The translations under genes and the position numbers were made by a program. The notes below the pieces were generated by a model. It saw only the letters and a list, made by a program, of their open reading frames with translations, was not told the DNA's origin and searched no databases. A stretch of DNA of 64,000 bases from Thalassobaculaceae bacterium (lineage in GTDB: Bacteria > Pseudomonadota > Alphaproteobacteria > Thalassobaculales > Thalassobaculaceae): the NCBI GenBank assembly GCA_965228875.1, contig OZ245843.1:3206616-3270615 (forward strand), in the 5' to 3' direction. Positions 1 to 14,099 of the stretch are shown one piece after another. The number at the start of each line of letters is the position of its first letter. Within the stretch, counting starts at the first letter, position 1.

Positions 1-1764
1 CTGGACCGGCTGCGCGGCGCCCTGGCGGATGCCGGCGTCGACGGCTTCATCCTGCCGCGCGCCGACGAGCACATGGGCGAGTACATACCGGCGCCGGCCC
101 AACGTCTCGCCTGGCTGACCGGCTTCACCGGCTCGGCCGGCGTCGTCCTGGTGCTGCCCGACGTCGCGGTGATCTTCGTCGACGGCCGCTACACCCTGCA
201 GGTCGCACAGCAGATCGATACCGGGCGCTGGACCGTCGAGCATCTGGTCCGCACCCCGCCGGCCGACTACGTCCGCGATCATCTTGACGGCCGGCGGCTC
301 GGCTTCGACCCGAAGCTGCACTCGATCAGCGCCGCCCGGAGGCTTCGGGACGCCGCGACGGCAGCCGGCGGCACGGTGGTCGCGCTCGAGCGCAACCCGA
401 TCGACGCGCTGTGGACCGACCGGCCGGCGCCACCGCTCGGCCCGGTCGAGCTGCTGCCGGCGACGCTCGCCGGCCTGGACCCGGCCGCCAAGCGCGAACG
501 GATCGCCGCCGACCTCGTCGCACGCGGCGCCGACGCCACCGTGCTGAACCAGCCGGAGTCGATCGCCTGGCTGCTGAACCTGCGCGGTGCCGACGTGCCC
601 TATACCCCCCTGCCCCTGGCCTACGCGACGGTCGACGGGGCGGGCATGGTCGAGCTGTTCCTGGACGAGGCGAAGTGCACCGACGCGGTCCGCTCCGGCC
701 TCGGCAACGGCGTCACCCTGCGCCCGTTCGAGGCGGTCGGCGATGCGCTTGAGGCCCTCGGCCAGGCCGGCGCGACCGTGTCGATCGATCCCGACGCCGC
801 CACCGAATGGATGCGCGACCGTCTGGAGGCGGCCGGTGCCACGGTACGCCTGGACACCGATCCGTGCGTGCTGCCGCGGGCCCGCAAGAACGCCGTGGAA
901 CTCGCCGGGACCCGGGCCGCCCATGTGCGCGACGCCGCCGCCATGGCCCGCTTCCTGAAATGGATCGACGACACCGGCACCGCCACCACCGAACTCGGCG
1001 CCGCCGAGGCGCTCGAAGGGTTCCGCGCCGAGATCGCCGACTGGCGCGGGCCGAGCTTCCCGTCCATCTCCGGTGCCGGCCCGGATGGCGCCATCGTCCA
1101 CTACCGGGTGACCGAGGAGACGGACCGACCGCTTCAGGACGGCTCGCTCTACCTGATCGACAGCGGCGCGCAGTATCTCGACGGCACCACCGACATCACC
1201 CGCACGGTCGCCATCGGCACGCCGAGCCGCGAGATGAAGGAGCGCTTCACCCTTGTCCTCAAGGGTCACATCGCCCTCGCCACGGCACGGTTCCCGGCCG
1301 GCACGACCGGCGGGCAGATCGACGCGCTGGCGCGGCAGTTCCTGTGGAAGGCGGGGCTCGACTTCGACCACGGCACCGGTCACGGGGTCGGCGTGTTCCT
1401 CGGCGTGCATGAGGGACCGCAACGCATATCCAGCGCCAGCCGGGTGCCCATCGAGGCGGGTATGATTCTCTCCAACGAGCCCGGCTACTACAAACCCGAC
1501 GGCTATGGCATCCGCATCGAAAACCTGCTGGTCGCGGTCGAGGCGCCGCCGCAGGAGGACAACGGCCGGGCGATGCTCTGCTTCGAGACCATCACCTTCG
1601 CCCCGATCGACCGGCGCCTGGTCGAGCCGACGCTGATGACCGCCGAGGAGATCGACTGGCTCGACGCCTACCATGCCCAGGTCCGCGACCGCGTGGCGCC
1701 GTCGCTCGCGGAGGATGACAGGACCTGGCTGGAAGCCGCGACGGCGCCGACCCTCCAGCCGTGA
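1..1764 (+). CDS. pepP: Aminopeptidase P (Xaa-Pro aminopeptidase, M24B); 5' end lies outside the window
   Basis: Frame is open from base 1 (LDRLRGALADAGVDGFILPRADEHMGEY). Metal motifs DSGAQYLDGTTDITRT, HGTGHGVG, VHEGP, NEPGYY, GIRIEN. Confidence 0.93.
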   Translation: MDRLRGALADAGVDGFILPRADEHMGEYIPAPAQRLAWLTGFTGSAGVVLVLPDVAVIFVDGRYTLQVAQQIDTGRWTVEHLVRTPPADYVRDHLDGRRLGFDPKLHSISAARRLRDAATAAGGTVVALERNPIDALWTDRPAPPLGPVELLPATLAGLDPAAKRERIAADLVARGADATVLNQPESIAWLLNLRGADVPYTPLPLAYATVDGAGMVELFLDEAKCTDAVRSGLGNGVTLRPFEAVGDALEALGQAGATVSIDPDAATEWMRDRLEAAGATVRLDTDPCVLPRARKNAVELAGTRAAHVRDAAAMARFLKWIDDTGTATTELGAAEALEGFRAEIADWRGPSFPSISGAGPDGAIVHYRVTEETDRPLQDGSLYLIDSGAQYLDGTTDITRTVAIGTPSREMKERFTLVLKGHIALATARFPAGTTGGQIDALARQFLWKAGLDFDHGTGHGVGVFLGVHEGPQRISSASRVPIEAGMILSNEPGYYKPDGYGIRIENLLVAVEAPPQEDNGRAMLCFETITFAPIDRRLVEPTLMTAEEIDWLDAYHAQVRDRVAPSLAEDDRTWLEAATAPTLQP

Positions 1765-1768
1765 TCGA

Positions 1769-2257
1769 TCAGTCGCGGCGGCGGTCCGGGCGCGGCTTGA
1801 TGGGAACATCCTGACGGCGTCGGTCGGGTCCGACATAGGAGCGGTTCATGATGAACTCGCGCCGTTCGTGCAGCGCCATGTCCAGGCGCTTGCGCAGTCC
1901 GTCCAGGGTGAACGGTTTCGCCATCAGCAGGTTCACCCCGGCATCCCGCGCCGCGCGGACGGCGAGCCGGTCGGCGCTCGCGGTGACGAGGATGATCGGG
2001 ACGTACGGATTGTAGGATTCCGTGTCCCGGCGCACCCGCTCCACGAAGGTGAGACCGTCCATCGGCTCCATCACCATGTCGCAGATGATGATGTCGGCCG
2101 GGAACCCCCGCAGGGTGCGCAGACCCGCCTCGCCGTCCCCGGCCTCCTTGACATAACCGACGCCGATCTCCTCCAAAAAGGCGGAGACCATCATCCGGCT
2201 GGACAGGTCGTCCTCGACCACCAGGACCCTGAGTTCGCCATACGCTTCTTCGGCCAT
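1769..2257 (-). CDS. Single-domain response regulator (receiver) with C-terminal YVGPDRRR tail
   Basis: LVVEDD, IICDMVM (phospho-Asp), LVTA, AKPF receiver motifs. Confidence 0.9.
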   Translation of the reverse strand: MAEEAYGELRVLVVEDDLSSRMMVSAFLEEIGVGYVKEAGDGEAGLRTLRGFPADIIICDMVMEPMDGLTFVERVRRDTESYNPYVPIILVTASADRLAVRAARDAGVNLLMAKPFTLDGLRKRLDMALHERREFIMNRSYVGPDRRRQDVPIKPRPDRRRD

Positions 2258-2272
2258 CCCGAATCTCTTCCG

Positions 2273-5365
<3,093 letters not shown>

Positions 5366-5576
5366 GGCACCGTTCGGGTATGCCCTGTTCCGGCTCCGGG
5401 GCCCGGAACCCACTCGGGCGATTGTAGAACGTGAAAGCCCTTCCCGATATCGCTTTGCGGCCTCGCGGCAGACCAATATCCCCGCCGATCGGGCGTGAGA
5501 GAAAGCACAGGACACCGGTCCGCCGCGGGTCGCGGAAGCGGTTGCGGCATCCCCGTCCCGGTGGCCGGCAGGTCGG

Positions 5577-6335
5577 TCAGATGATCTCGAAGTTCGAGGT
5601 CGAGAGGTCGGACGTGCTGACGCCGACCAGGGTCACGGAGTTGCTGGAACCCAGCGAGATGACCGCGTTGCCGCTGGAATCCGCGGTCGCCGCCAGCGCC
5701 GTCGAGGCCGAAGTGATGCTGCTGCCGTTGACCCCGGACTGGATCTGGATCACATCCTCGGCGGTGCTGAAGTTGAGGATGAGGTCGTTCGACGAGTCCG
5801 CCTCGAAGACGAAGCGGTCCGCGCCGGCGCCGCCGTCCAGGGTATCGTTGCCGAAAGCCCCGATGATCGAGTCCGCCCCCAGGTTGCCGTAGATCAGGTC
5901 GTTGCCGATCCCGCCGCTCAGCGTGTCGTCGCCCTGGCCGCCATAGACCGTGTCGTCGCTGCTGCCGGCGCTGATGAGGTCGGCGCCCTGGTTGCCGTAG
6001 ACGAGATCGTTCTCGCTGCCGGCGACGATGATGTCGTCGCCGCGGTTTCCGAACAACGAGTCGGCCCCGATACCGCCGTGCATCGTGTCGTTGTCCTGGC
6101 CGCCGTAGAGGATATCGTCGCCGTTGGCCGCCGAGAGCCGGTCGTTCCCCCGATTGCCGTACAGGATGTCGTCGTCGGTACTGGAGTAGATCTGATCGTT
6201 GCCGGCGCCGCCGGACAGCGTGTCGTTGCCTCCGATCGCCGACAGGGTGTCGTCGCCGTCGGCACCGAACATGAAGTCAGACGAATTGGTGCCGAGCAGC
6301 AAGTCGTTCGACGAAGTTCCACCGATCGAAGCCAT
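5577..6335 (-). CDS. Small RTX-repeat Ca-binding protein, probable T1SS substrate (~252 aa)
   Basis: Tandem GGxGxDxUx-type nonapeptides; no signal peptide; C-terminal DRFVF...DLILNF...VTLVGVSTSDL..NF secretion-signal-like region; GGGAGG RBS before ATG 6335. Confidence 0.88.
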   Translation of the reverse strand: MASIGGTSSNDLLLGTNSSDFMFGADGDDTLSAIGGNDTLSGGAGNDQIYSSTDDDILYGNRGNDRLSAANGDDILYGGQDNDTMHGGIGADSLFGNRGDDIIVAGSENDLVYGNQGADLISAGSSDDTVYGGQGDDTLSGGIGNDLIYGNLGADSIIGAFGNDTLDGGAGADRFVFEADSSNDLILNFSTAEDVIQIQSGVNGSSITSASTALAATADSSGNAVISLGSSNSVTLVGVSTSDLSTSNFEII

Positions 6336-6401
6336 GACCGTCCTCCCTTGCACAACCCGGAGCAGGGTAACCCGACAGCCCCGCGGGCGGCAAACGCCGG
6401 T

Positions 6402-7684
<1,283 letters not shown>

Positions 7685-7688
<4 letters not shown>

Positions 7689-8533
7689 CGCGTCTCCTCC
7701 CGGGCGAAATCCCCGAGCGCCGTCGCCGTGTCGCGCGGTGCGAAGCCCAGCGCCTCGGCCGCCGCGATGTCGATGGTGAAGGACGCTTTGTCCGCCGGTC
7801 CCTCCTCCACCGTCGCGTCAACGCCGCACGCCCGCGCCAGAACGGCGACGACCTCGCGCACCGGGATCGGATTCCGGCTGGCCACCGGCACGGCCGCGAA
7901 GCCGTCCGGCGGCGCGGTCAGGGCGTGGGCGGCGAAAGCCGCGACGTCCTGGACATGGACCACGTTGTTGAAGGCGGCGCCGGCATTGAAGATCCGGACC
8001 CTCTCGCCCGCCTTCAACCGGGCGAGCACCTGGACCGGCCAGTTCCGGGCGGCGGCGCCGCCGATGACCGCGGGCAGCCGGATCGCCAGCGCCGGGCCGC
8101 CCCGTTCGACCAGCACCCGTTCGCCCAGCAGTTTGGTCATTCCGTAGGCGTCCGGGTTCGTCACCGGTGTGTCCGGCGTGACCGTGGCGTCGTCGATCCG
8201 GCCGTGGATGGAGAGGCTGGAGAGGTAGACGAACAGCCCGACCTCAGCGGCGGCGAGCCGCGCCGTCGCCTCGGCGTTGTCGCGGATCATCCGGGCGGCG
8301 GCGACATGCCCGCCGGTCGCAGGCGAGGTGGCGGCGGTGTGCACGATCGCGTCGAGACGTCCGGGCAGCGGCTCCTCGCCTGCGAGGTCGGCCCGCCAGA
8401 CCTCGCCATCGGCCAGGTCCGCCGGCAGCGGCGAGGCCCGGTGATGGGCGATCACCTCGTGCCCCTCGGCCTTCAGCCACCTGGCGATCGCGCGGCCGGA
8501 GAACCCGGCCGCCCCGGTGACCAGGACCCGCAT
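7685..8533 (-). CDS. NAD-dependent epimerase/dehydratase (extended SDR)
   Basis: VLVTGAAGFSG, YLSS, YGMTK. Confidence 0.85.
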
Positions 8534-8536
8534 CGC

Positions 8537-9457
8537 CTACCTTCGGACCGTGGCGAGGATGCGCTCGGTCGACAGGCCGTGGGCCGCCAGGATGTCCTCG
8601 TGGCTGCCGTAGCAGTGCACGAACTCGTCCTTCAGGGTGAAGGTATGGAGATCGCAGTCGGCGCGGATGTCCCAGGCGATCTGCTTTGTCTGGGGCGCGA
8701 GGCCGCCCTGGGGCGCATGCTCCTCGACCACGATGACCCGCTTGTGGCGGCGCAGCAGGTTGGCGATCCCCTCGGTGTCGAGCGGCTTCAGCGTGTGGCA
8801 GACCGCGAGCGAGACGGAGTTGCCGTCGGCGGTCAGCGCGTCGGCGACCTCGGCCGCCATCTTGGTGACGACGCCGTAGGACAGGACCGCCACGTCCTCG
8901 CCCTTGCGCAGATAGCGCAGCTTACCGAATTCCCACGGGTCGCTATCGGGGCCGGTCAGGGTCGGCTCGCCGGCCTTGCCGAAGCGGAAATAGACCGGTC
9001 CGCCGCCCTCGCGGTTGACCAGCCACTTGGTCGCCTCGGTCGCCTCGACCGGATCGCAGGGGGCGATGATCGACATGTTGGGTATGGCGCCGGCGATGGC
9101 GATATCCTCCTGGGCGTAGTGGGTGCCGCCCAGGGTCGAGTAGATGACGCCGCCGCCGATGCCGACGACCGTCACCGGCAGGTTCTGGTAGCCGAGATCG
9201 TCGCGCACCATCTCGAACGGACGGTACAGCGAGAAGGTGGCGATGGTGTAGGCGAAGGGGCGCATGCCCTTCAGCGCCAGGCCGGCGCAGATGCCGATCA
9301 TCGCCTGCTCGGCGACACCGACATTGATGAAGCGCTCGGGAAACTCCTCGCGGAACTTGCCCATGGAGCCGGCCGGCGAGATGTCGGCGACCACGATATG
9401 GATGCGCGGGTCGTCCTTGGCGAGATCGTAGAGAACCTCGGCGAAAGTGTTCCTCAC
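8537..9457 (-). CDS. Transketolase-like protein, C-terminal (pyrimidine-binding/C-term) subunit
   Basis: FPERFINVGVAEQAMIG, GGTHYAQED, GPVYFRFGK, VEEH. Confidence 0.9.
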   Translation of the reverse strand: MRNTFAEVLYDLAKDDPRIHIVVADISPAGSMGKFREEFPERFINVGVAEQAMIGICAGLALKGMRPFAYTIATFSLYRPFEMVRDDLGYQNLPVTVVGIGGGVIYSTLGGTHYAQEDIAIAGAIPNMSIIAPCDPVEATEATKWLVNREGGGPVYFRFGKAGEPTLTGPDSDPWEFGKLRYLRKGEDVAVLSYGVVTKMAAEVADALTADGNSVSLAVCHTLKPLDTEGIANLLRRHKRVIVVEEHAPQGGLAPQTKQIAWDIRADCDLHTFTLKDEFVHCYGSHEDILAAHGLSTERILATVRR

Positions 9458-10287
9458 GACGCGATCTCCTTCAGCTCGGCCAGGGCCTGGGCGTATTCCT
9501 CGGGGTTCGGCGAGCGGTAATGCCAGATCGGCACGTTCTCCATGTAGGACACGCCCTTGCCCTTGGTGGTGCGGCCGATCAGGCAGAACGGCTTGTCGCC
9601 CTTGCGGTTGGCGACGGCGTCGTAGACCGCGCCGGCATCGTGGCCGTTGACGATCGCCGTCTCCCAGCCGAAGGCCTCCAGCTTGCCGTCCAGCGGATAG
9701 AAGCTCGGATGGGTCTCGGAGGTCCGGCCGAGCGACTGGAAGTCGTTGTTGTCGATCAGCGCGACCAGGTTGGTCAGGCCGAGGGTGGAGGCCATCATGA
9801 AGGCCTCCCAGGTCGAGCCTTCCTGCACCTCGCCGTCGGACAGCACGCAGTAGACCGCACCGGCATCGGCGGCGCCGCCGGCCTTGTTGCGCTCGGCGAC
9901 CGCCATGCCGACCGCCATCGCCATGCCGTGGCCGAGCGACCCGGTCGACGCCTCGATGCCCGGATTGCCGTAGTCCGGATGGGCGCCGAGGATGCCGTGC
10001 GGGGTGCAGTACTCGTCCAGGTGCTTCTTATCGAGGACGCCGCGATCCTCCAGGATCACGTACTGCGCCATGCAGCCGTGGCCCTTGGACATCAGGAACG
10101 TGTCCTGGCCGTCCGGGCGCATCAGGCCGTGATAGCAGGCGTCGGTCAGTTCCATGCAGGAGAAGGCGCCGGCCGCATGCAGCGCGCTCACGGTCTGGGA
10201 GATGTCCAGGATCCGCTTGCGGTAGCCCATGCAGCGCTTGCGCGACTCGGCGGGATCGAAACTGTTGTGTCCGGGCTTGGCCGTCAT
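9454..10287 (-). CDS. Transketolase-like protein, N-terminal ThDP-binding subunit
   Basis: LMSKGHG, STGSLGHG, LSDGEVQEGSTWEA...DNN ThDP motif, TTKGKGVSYMEN..WHY. Confidence 0.9.
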   Translation of the reverse strand: MTAKPGHNSFDPAESRKRCMGYRKRILDISQTVSALHAAGAFSCMELTDACYHGLMRPDGQDTFLMSKGHGCMAQYVILEDRGVLDKKHLDEYCTPHGILGAHPDYGNPGIEASTGSLGHGMAMAVGMAVAERNKAGGAADAGAVYCVLSDGEVQEGSTWEAFMMASTLGLTNLVALIDNNDFQSLGRTSETHPSFYPLDGKLEAFGWETAIVNGHDAGAVYDAVANRKGDKPFCLIGRTTKGKGVSYMENVPIWHYRSPNPEEYAQALAELKEIAS

Positions 10288-10306
10288 GTGCCTTGGTCTC
10301 CGGCTA

Positions 10307-10969
10307 TCAGGAAATGAGCGTCCAGTTGTAGTCGCCGGTGTAGCCGGCTTCCTCGAAGATCGCGACCCACTCGTGCGGGTAGCCGTGGGTATAGGCGGTC
10401 AGCACCCAGTCGAGGAAGATCTCGCGCTCCTCTTCGGTGCGGTAGCTGTCGACCTGGACGTAGGCCTTGCCGTCCCGGGTCACCCGCATGATCTCGCGAA
10501 GCGCCGCGATCAGTTGCGGCTTCTCCAGGTTATGCAGGGTGTTGAGCGAGATGACGGCGTCGAAGCTGTCGTCCGGGAACGGCAGGCTCTCCGCGCTGCC
10601 GAGGTGCAGGCGGCCGATCGCCTCCGGCTGGCAGTTCTTGAGCGCGTACTCCGAGACGTCCAGGCCGAACGCCTCCAGCCCCGGGCAGGCGATCATGAAG
10701 TCCTTGACCAGGAAGCCCTTGGCGGCGCCGATATCGAGCACGCGCATGCCCGGCTCCAGGCCGAAATGCGCGACCATGTCCCGGGCGACCGGCACCCAGC
10801 GTCCGTCGTAACGGTAGCCGCCGTAGCCGTACTCGCGCGGGCCGTCAAAATAGGTCTCGCCGTATTCCCGGCTGATGCGGATGTGCTCGTCGGTCTTGGC
10901 GTGCTCACGCGCCTTGACGTTGCGCTTCGACTTCGGCAACGCGTTCAGCAGGTTGATCTCGCGGCCCAT
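10307..10969 (-). CDS. Class I SAM-dependent methyltransferase
   Basis: VLDIGAAKG motif I, GLDVSEYA, LPFPDDSFDAV. Confidence 0.85.
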   Translation of the reverse strand: MGREINLLNALPKSKRNVKAREHAKTDEHIRISREYGETYFDGPREYGYGGYRYDGRWVPVARDMVAHFGLEPGMRVLDIGAAKGFLVKDFMIACPGLEAFGLDVSEYALKNCQPEAIGRLHLGSAESLPFPDDSFDAVISLNTLHNLEKPQLIAALREIMRVTRDGKAYVQVDSYRTEEEREIFLDWVLTAYTHGYPHEWVAIFEEAGYTGDYNWTLIS

Positions 10970-10972
10970 GGG

Positions 10973-11854
10973 TCAGCCTCCGGTGACTTGGCGATGGACC
11001 TTGGCCAGGCCCTCGGCCAGGGGGGTATAGCGGAAATCCGGGAAGGCATGGAAGGTCGCGGACGGGTTGAACGGCCGGTAGCCGTTATGCGGCATCGGTC
11101 CGGACCGCGGCGACCCCTTGATCATGATCCGCCGTTGCACGTGGGAGGTCACCATCTCGGCGACCTCGCGGAAGGAGTGCACCTCGCCGGTGGCGCCGTT
11201 CAGCACGCCGGTCGAGCGGTGCATGACCATCCGCTTCAGCAGGTCGCCCAGATCCTCGACCAGCACGTGGTCGCGCTTCTCCTCGCCCTCGCCGAACAGG
11301 GTGATGTCCTTGCCGTCGATGGCGAGGCGCCGGAACCGGTTTGGACCGTAGCCGTTGTGCGGGTCGCTGGCGCCGTAGACCAGGGTCGGACGCAGGATGC
11401 CGACCGGAAGGCCGCTTTCGTCGAGCAGCATCCGCTCGCGCGCCAGGTGCATGACCCCGTGCAGGGCGCCGGGCTCGGCGCAGTCGTCCTCGTTCAGCGG
11501 ACCGTCCTTGTCCTTGTAGACCGCGTCGGAGGAGACGTAGACCACGTGCGCCACCGGCTGCTTCTTCAGCGCCGTCACGACCGTGTTCATCATCGCGATG
11601 TTGCGCTCGAGCATCTCGCCGTTCTTGCAGGGCGCCTCGGCGGAGACCACGACCAGCACGTCCTCGGCGCGAAGCTGTTCGGCCAGAAATCCGGCGGCGT
11701 CATCGGCCAGCAGGTCGACCTGGGCGCGGCCGATCCGTTCGACCCGACCGCCGGCCGCCTCGAGGGCATCGGCCGCCGCCCCGCCGACGAAGCCGGCGCC
11801 GAGCACGACCGTGCAGGGCGGCAGGGCGGGCTTGTCGAGGCGATGGTTGAGCAT
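10973..11854 (-). CDS. NAD-dependent epimerase/dehydratase-like SDR with HxxxH in place of YxxxK
   Basis: VVLGAGFVGG, YVSSDAVY, LHGVMH, LRPTLVYG, RDHVLVED. Confidence 0.78.
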   Translation of the reverse strand: MLNHRLDKPALPPCTVVLGAGFVGGAAADALEAAGGRVERIGRAQVDLLADDAAGFLAEQLRAEDVLVVVSAEAPCKNGEMLERNIAMMNTVVTALKKQPVAHVVYVSSDAVYKDKDGPLNEDDCAEPGALHGVMHLARERMLLDESGLPVGILRPTLVYGASDPHNGYGPNRFRRLAIDGKDITLFGEGEEKRDHVLVEDLGDLLKRMVMHRSTGVLNGATGEVHSFREVAEMVTSHVQRRIMIKGSPRSGPMPHNGYRPFNPSATFHAFPDFRYTPLAEGLAKVHRQVTGG

Positions 11855-11863
11855 GGGAACCTC

Positions 11864-13135
11864 CTAGATCCGGGTAACGCCGAGGGTGACGTAATCGAGA
11901 CCCGCGGCCAGCGCCGCCGCCTCGTCCAGCACCCGGTAGGGGTCGAGCACGGTGGTCCCGCGCATGGCGGCGGCGATCGCCGCCGGCTCGAGCGCCTTGT
12001 ACGGACTCCACGGCGTCATGATGCACAGCGCGTCGGCGCCGGCGACGGCCGCCATCGGGCCGTCTGCCGCCTCGGCCGGAACCGGCGCCGCCGAGGCCGG
12101 AACCACCGGATCGTGGACGACGACGTCGACGCCTTCGAGTTCCGCCAGCAGCGCCAGCGAGGGCGAGTTCTTGGTCGAGTGGGTGTCCTGCTTGTAGGCG
12201 AGGCCGAGCACGGCGACCCGCGCCGCGGGATTGCCGTCCAGCACCCGCGTCTTGAGCGTGCGGGCCGCCCAGCCCTTGCGCCAGACCGAGTTCTCGACCC
12301 AGGCCCTGACGATGCCGGTATCGGTCCCGTGGGCCGCGCCCAGGCGCATCACCGTCGCCAGGTCGCGCTCCAGATTGCCGCCCGCCAGGCCGAGGCCGGG
12401 GGCGAGATAGCTGTACTGGCCGATGCGGCGGTCGAGCTTCAGGGCCGGCGCGATCTCCGACCAGTCGGCGCCGACGTTCTCGCAGATCTCGGCCATGGTG
12501 TTGGCCACGCCGATGGACGCGACCAGGCACATGTTGATGGAGATCTTGGCCAGCTCCGCGCTCTCGTAGCGCATGGACAGGATCGGACAGCCGAACGCCT
12601 CCAGATAGGCGCGGAACGGCCCAGGCAGCGGCGCCGCCGGATCGGCGCAGCCGACGATGTAGCGCTCCGGCTCCAACGCGCGCTGGAGCGCGATGCCGAA
12701 AACCAGGGTCTCGACCTGATAATGCAGGGTGCAGCGCACGCCCTCGAGGGCGCGGGTGAAGCCCGGCGGCACCTGACTCAGGATGACCAGCGTCGCATCC
12801 TCGCGCAGCGCGGGGGCGACCACTGCCAGCAGCTGCTCGACGGCCGACAGGTCGCTTGCCCCGGTGTCGTCGGTCGGTACGTCCGGCGCCAGGTAGATCA
12901 CGTCCGCCCTGGCCAGTTCGGTACTGTCGGCGGTCACCGTGATCCGGCCGCGGCTGGCTGCGTAGGTCGCGTCCAGATCCGGTTCGGACACCGGAAGATC
13001 GGCCCGTTCCAGCCGGTCGATCAGCTCGGCATCCGGGTCGAACAACACGGTCTCGAACCCCTTGGCGGCGGCCGCCGTCCCCGACACCAGACCGAGATGG
13101 GTCATCCCGCAATAAGCGATGACGGGCGCGCTCAT
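11864..13135 (-). CDS. UDP-glucose/GDP-mannose dehydrogenase-family protein lacking the catalytic Cys
   Basis: SAELAKISIN, LDRRIG, GLGLAGGNLERD, GLAYKQDT. Start ATG 13135 overlaps the upstream stop. Confidence 0.83.
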   Translation of the reverse strand: MSAPVIAYCGMTHLGLVSGTAAAAKGFETVLFDPDAELIDRLERADLPVSEPDLDATYAASRGRITVTADSTELARADVIYLAPDVPTDDTGASDLSAVEQLLAVVAPALREDATLVILSQVPPGFTRALEGVRCTLHYQVETLVFGIALQRALEPERYIVGCADPAAPLPGPFRAYLEAFGCPILSMRYESAELAKISINMCLVASIGVANTMAEICENVGADWSEIAPALKLDRRIGQYSYLAPGLGLAGGNLERDLATVMRLGAAHGTDTGIVRAWVENSVWRKGWAARTLKTRVLDGNPAARVAVLGLAYKQDTHSTKNSPSLALLAELEGVDVVVHDPVVPASAAPVPAEAADGPMAAVAGADALCIMTPWSPYKALEPAAIAAAMRGTTVLDPYRVLDEAAALAAGLDYVTLGVTRI

Positions 13136-14076
13136 GCGGTCACTCCGAACCGGTCGTAGGCCTGCCGCGCCAGGTCGCGCAGCGTGCGGTTGAGCCAGAG
13201 GTCGTTGTCGATCTCGGTGCCGTAGCCGGTCTCGCACAGGGTCTTGAAATGCGCATACTCGGCCTCCCAGGTCGGGTCGGCCTGGACCAGCGTCACCGAC
13301 TCCTCCGGCGGCCGGCCGGAGGGGAGGACCCGGGTACGCTTCGTGAAGGTGCTCGGCCCCCACTTGCACAGCGATTCGATATGCGCGGTGCCGTTCTCGG
13401 CCAGCACGTCGCAGGTGAAATGGTTGCGCCAGGACAGAAGCGTCATCTCGAGCTGGATCGTCGGCCCGTTCTCGGGATCGGCGGCGATCACCACCTGGTC
13501 GAAGGCCCGGTTCTCATGGCACCGCGCCACCCGTGTCTCGAACGACCAACCGCCGGCGTCCGGCAGCCAGAACTTCAGGGTGTCCAGCAGATGCGATCCG
13601 AGGTCCGGCAGCACCCCGGCCCCCTGGTCGCGCCAGGCGCTGTCGCGGACCAGCCGCGCCGTCCCGTTGCCGTAGAACATGCGCAGGCTGTAGATCCGGC
13701 CGAGCTCGCCCGAGTGGATCAGGTCGCGCATCCGCACATAATGGGGCTCGAAACGGTGGTTGTACGCCGTGACGCAGACGGCCCCGGTGGAGCGCGCAAC
13801 CTCCGACAGCTCCTCAAGCACCCAGTCGTCCTCGGCCACGAGCGGCTTCTCGACCAGCACATGCTTGCCGGCGCCGAGCAGGGTCTTCAGCAGGACCGGC
13901 TTCGGCGCGTCCGGCGTGCAGACCACGGCGGCGTCGAAGTCGTGGAAGGGGATTTCGGAGAGGTCCCGGTAGTCGGCCTCGTTCGACACCGGATCGACAA
14001 CGGCGACGCAGTCCGCGCCGGCCACCGCCTTGCGCTTGTGACCCTGCACCCCGTAGCCGACGACGATCACCCGCAT
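13132..14076 (-). CDS. Gfo/Idh/MocA-family oxidoreductase
   Basis: VVGYGVQG, GKHVLVEKP, YNHRF, GVLPDLGSHLLD. Start ATG 14076 with GGAGG RBS; the 996-aa ORF call is an upstream shadow extension. Confidence 0.88.
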   Translation of the reverse strand: MRVIVVGYGVQGHKRKAVAGADCVAVVDPVSNEADYRDLSEIPFHDFDAAVVCTPDAPKPVLLKTLLGAGKHVLVEKPLVAEDDWVLEELSEVARSTGAVCVTAYNHRFEPHYVRMRDLIHSGELGRIYSLRMFYGNGTARLVRDSAWRDQGAGVLPDLGSHLLDTLKFWLPDAGGWSFETRVARCHENRAFDQVVIAADPENGPTIQLEMTLLSWRNHFTCDVLAENGTAHIESLCKWGPSTFTKRTRVLPSGRPPEESVTLVQADPTWEAEYAHFKTLCETGYGTEIDNDLWLNRTLRDLARQAYDRFGVTA

Positions 14077-14099
14077 GTCCCGATCCCTCCCGGTACCCG

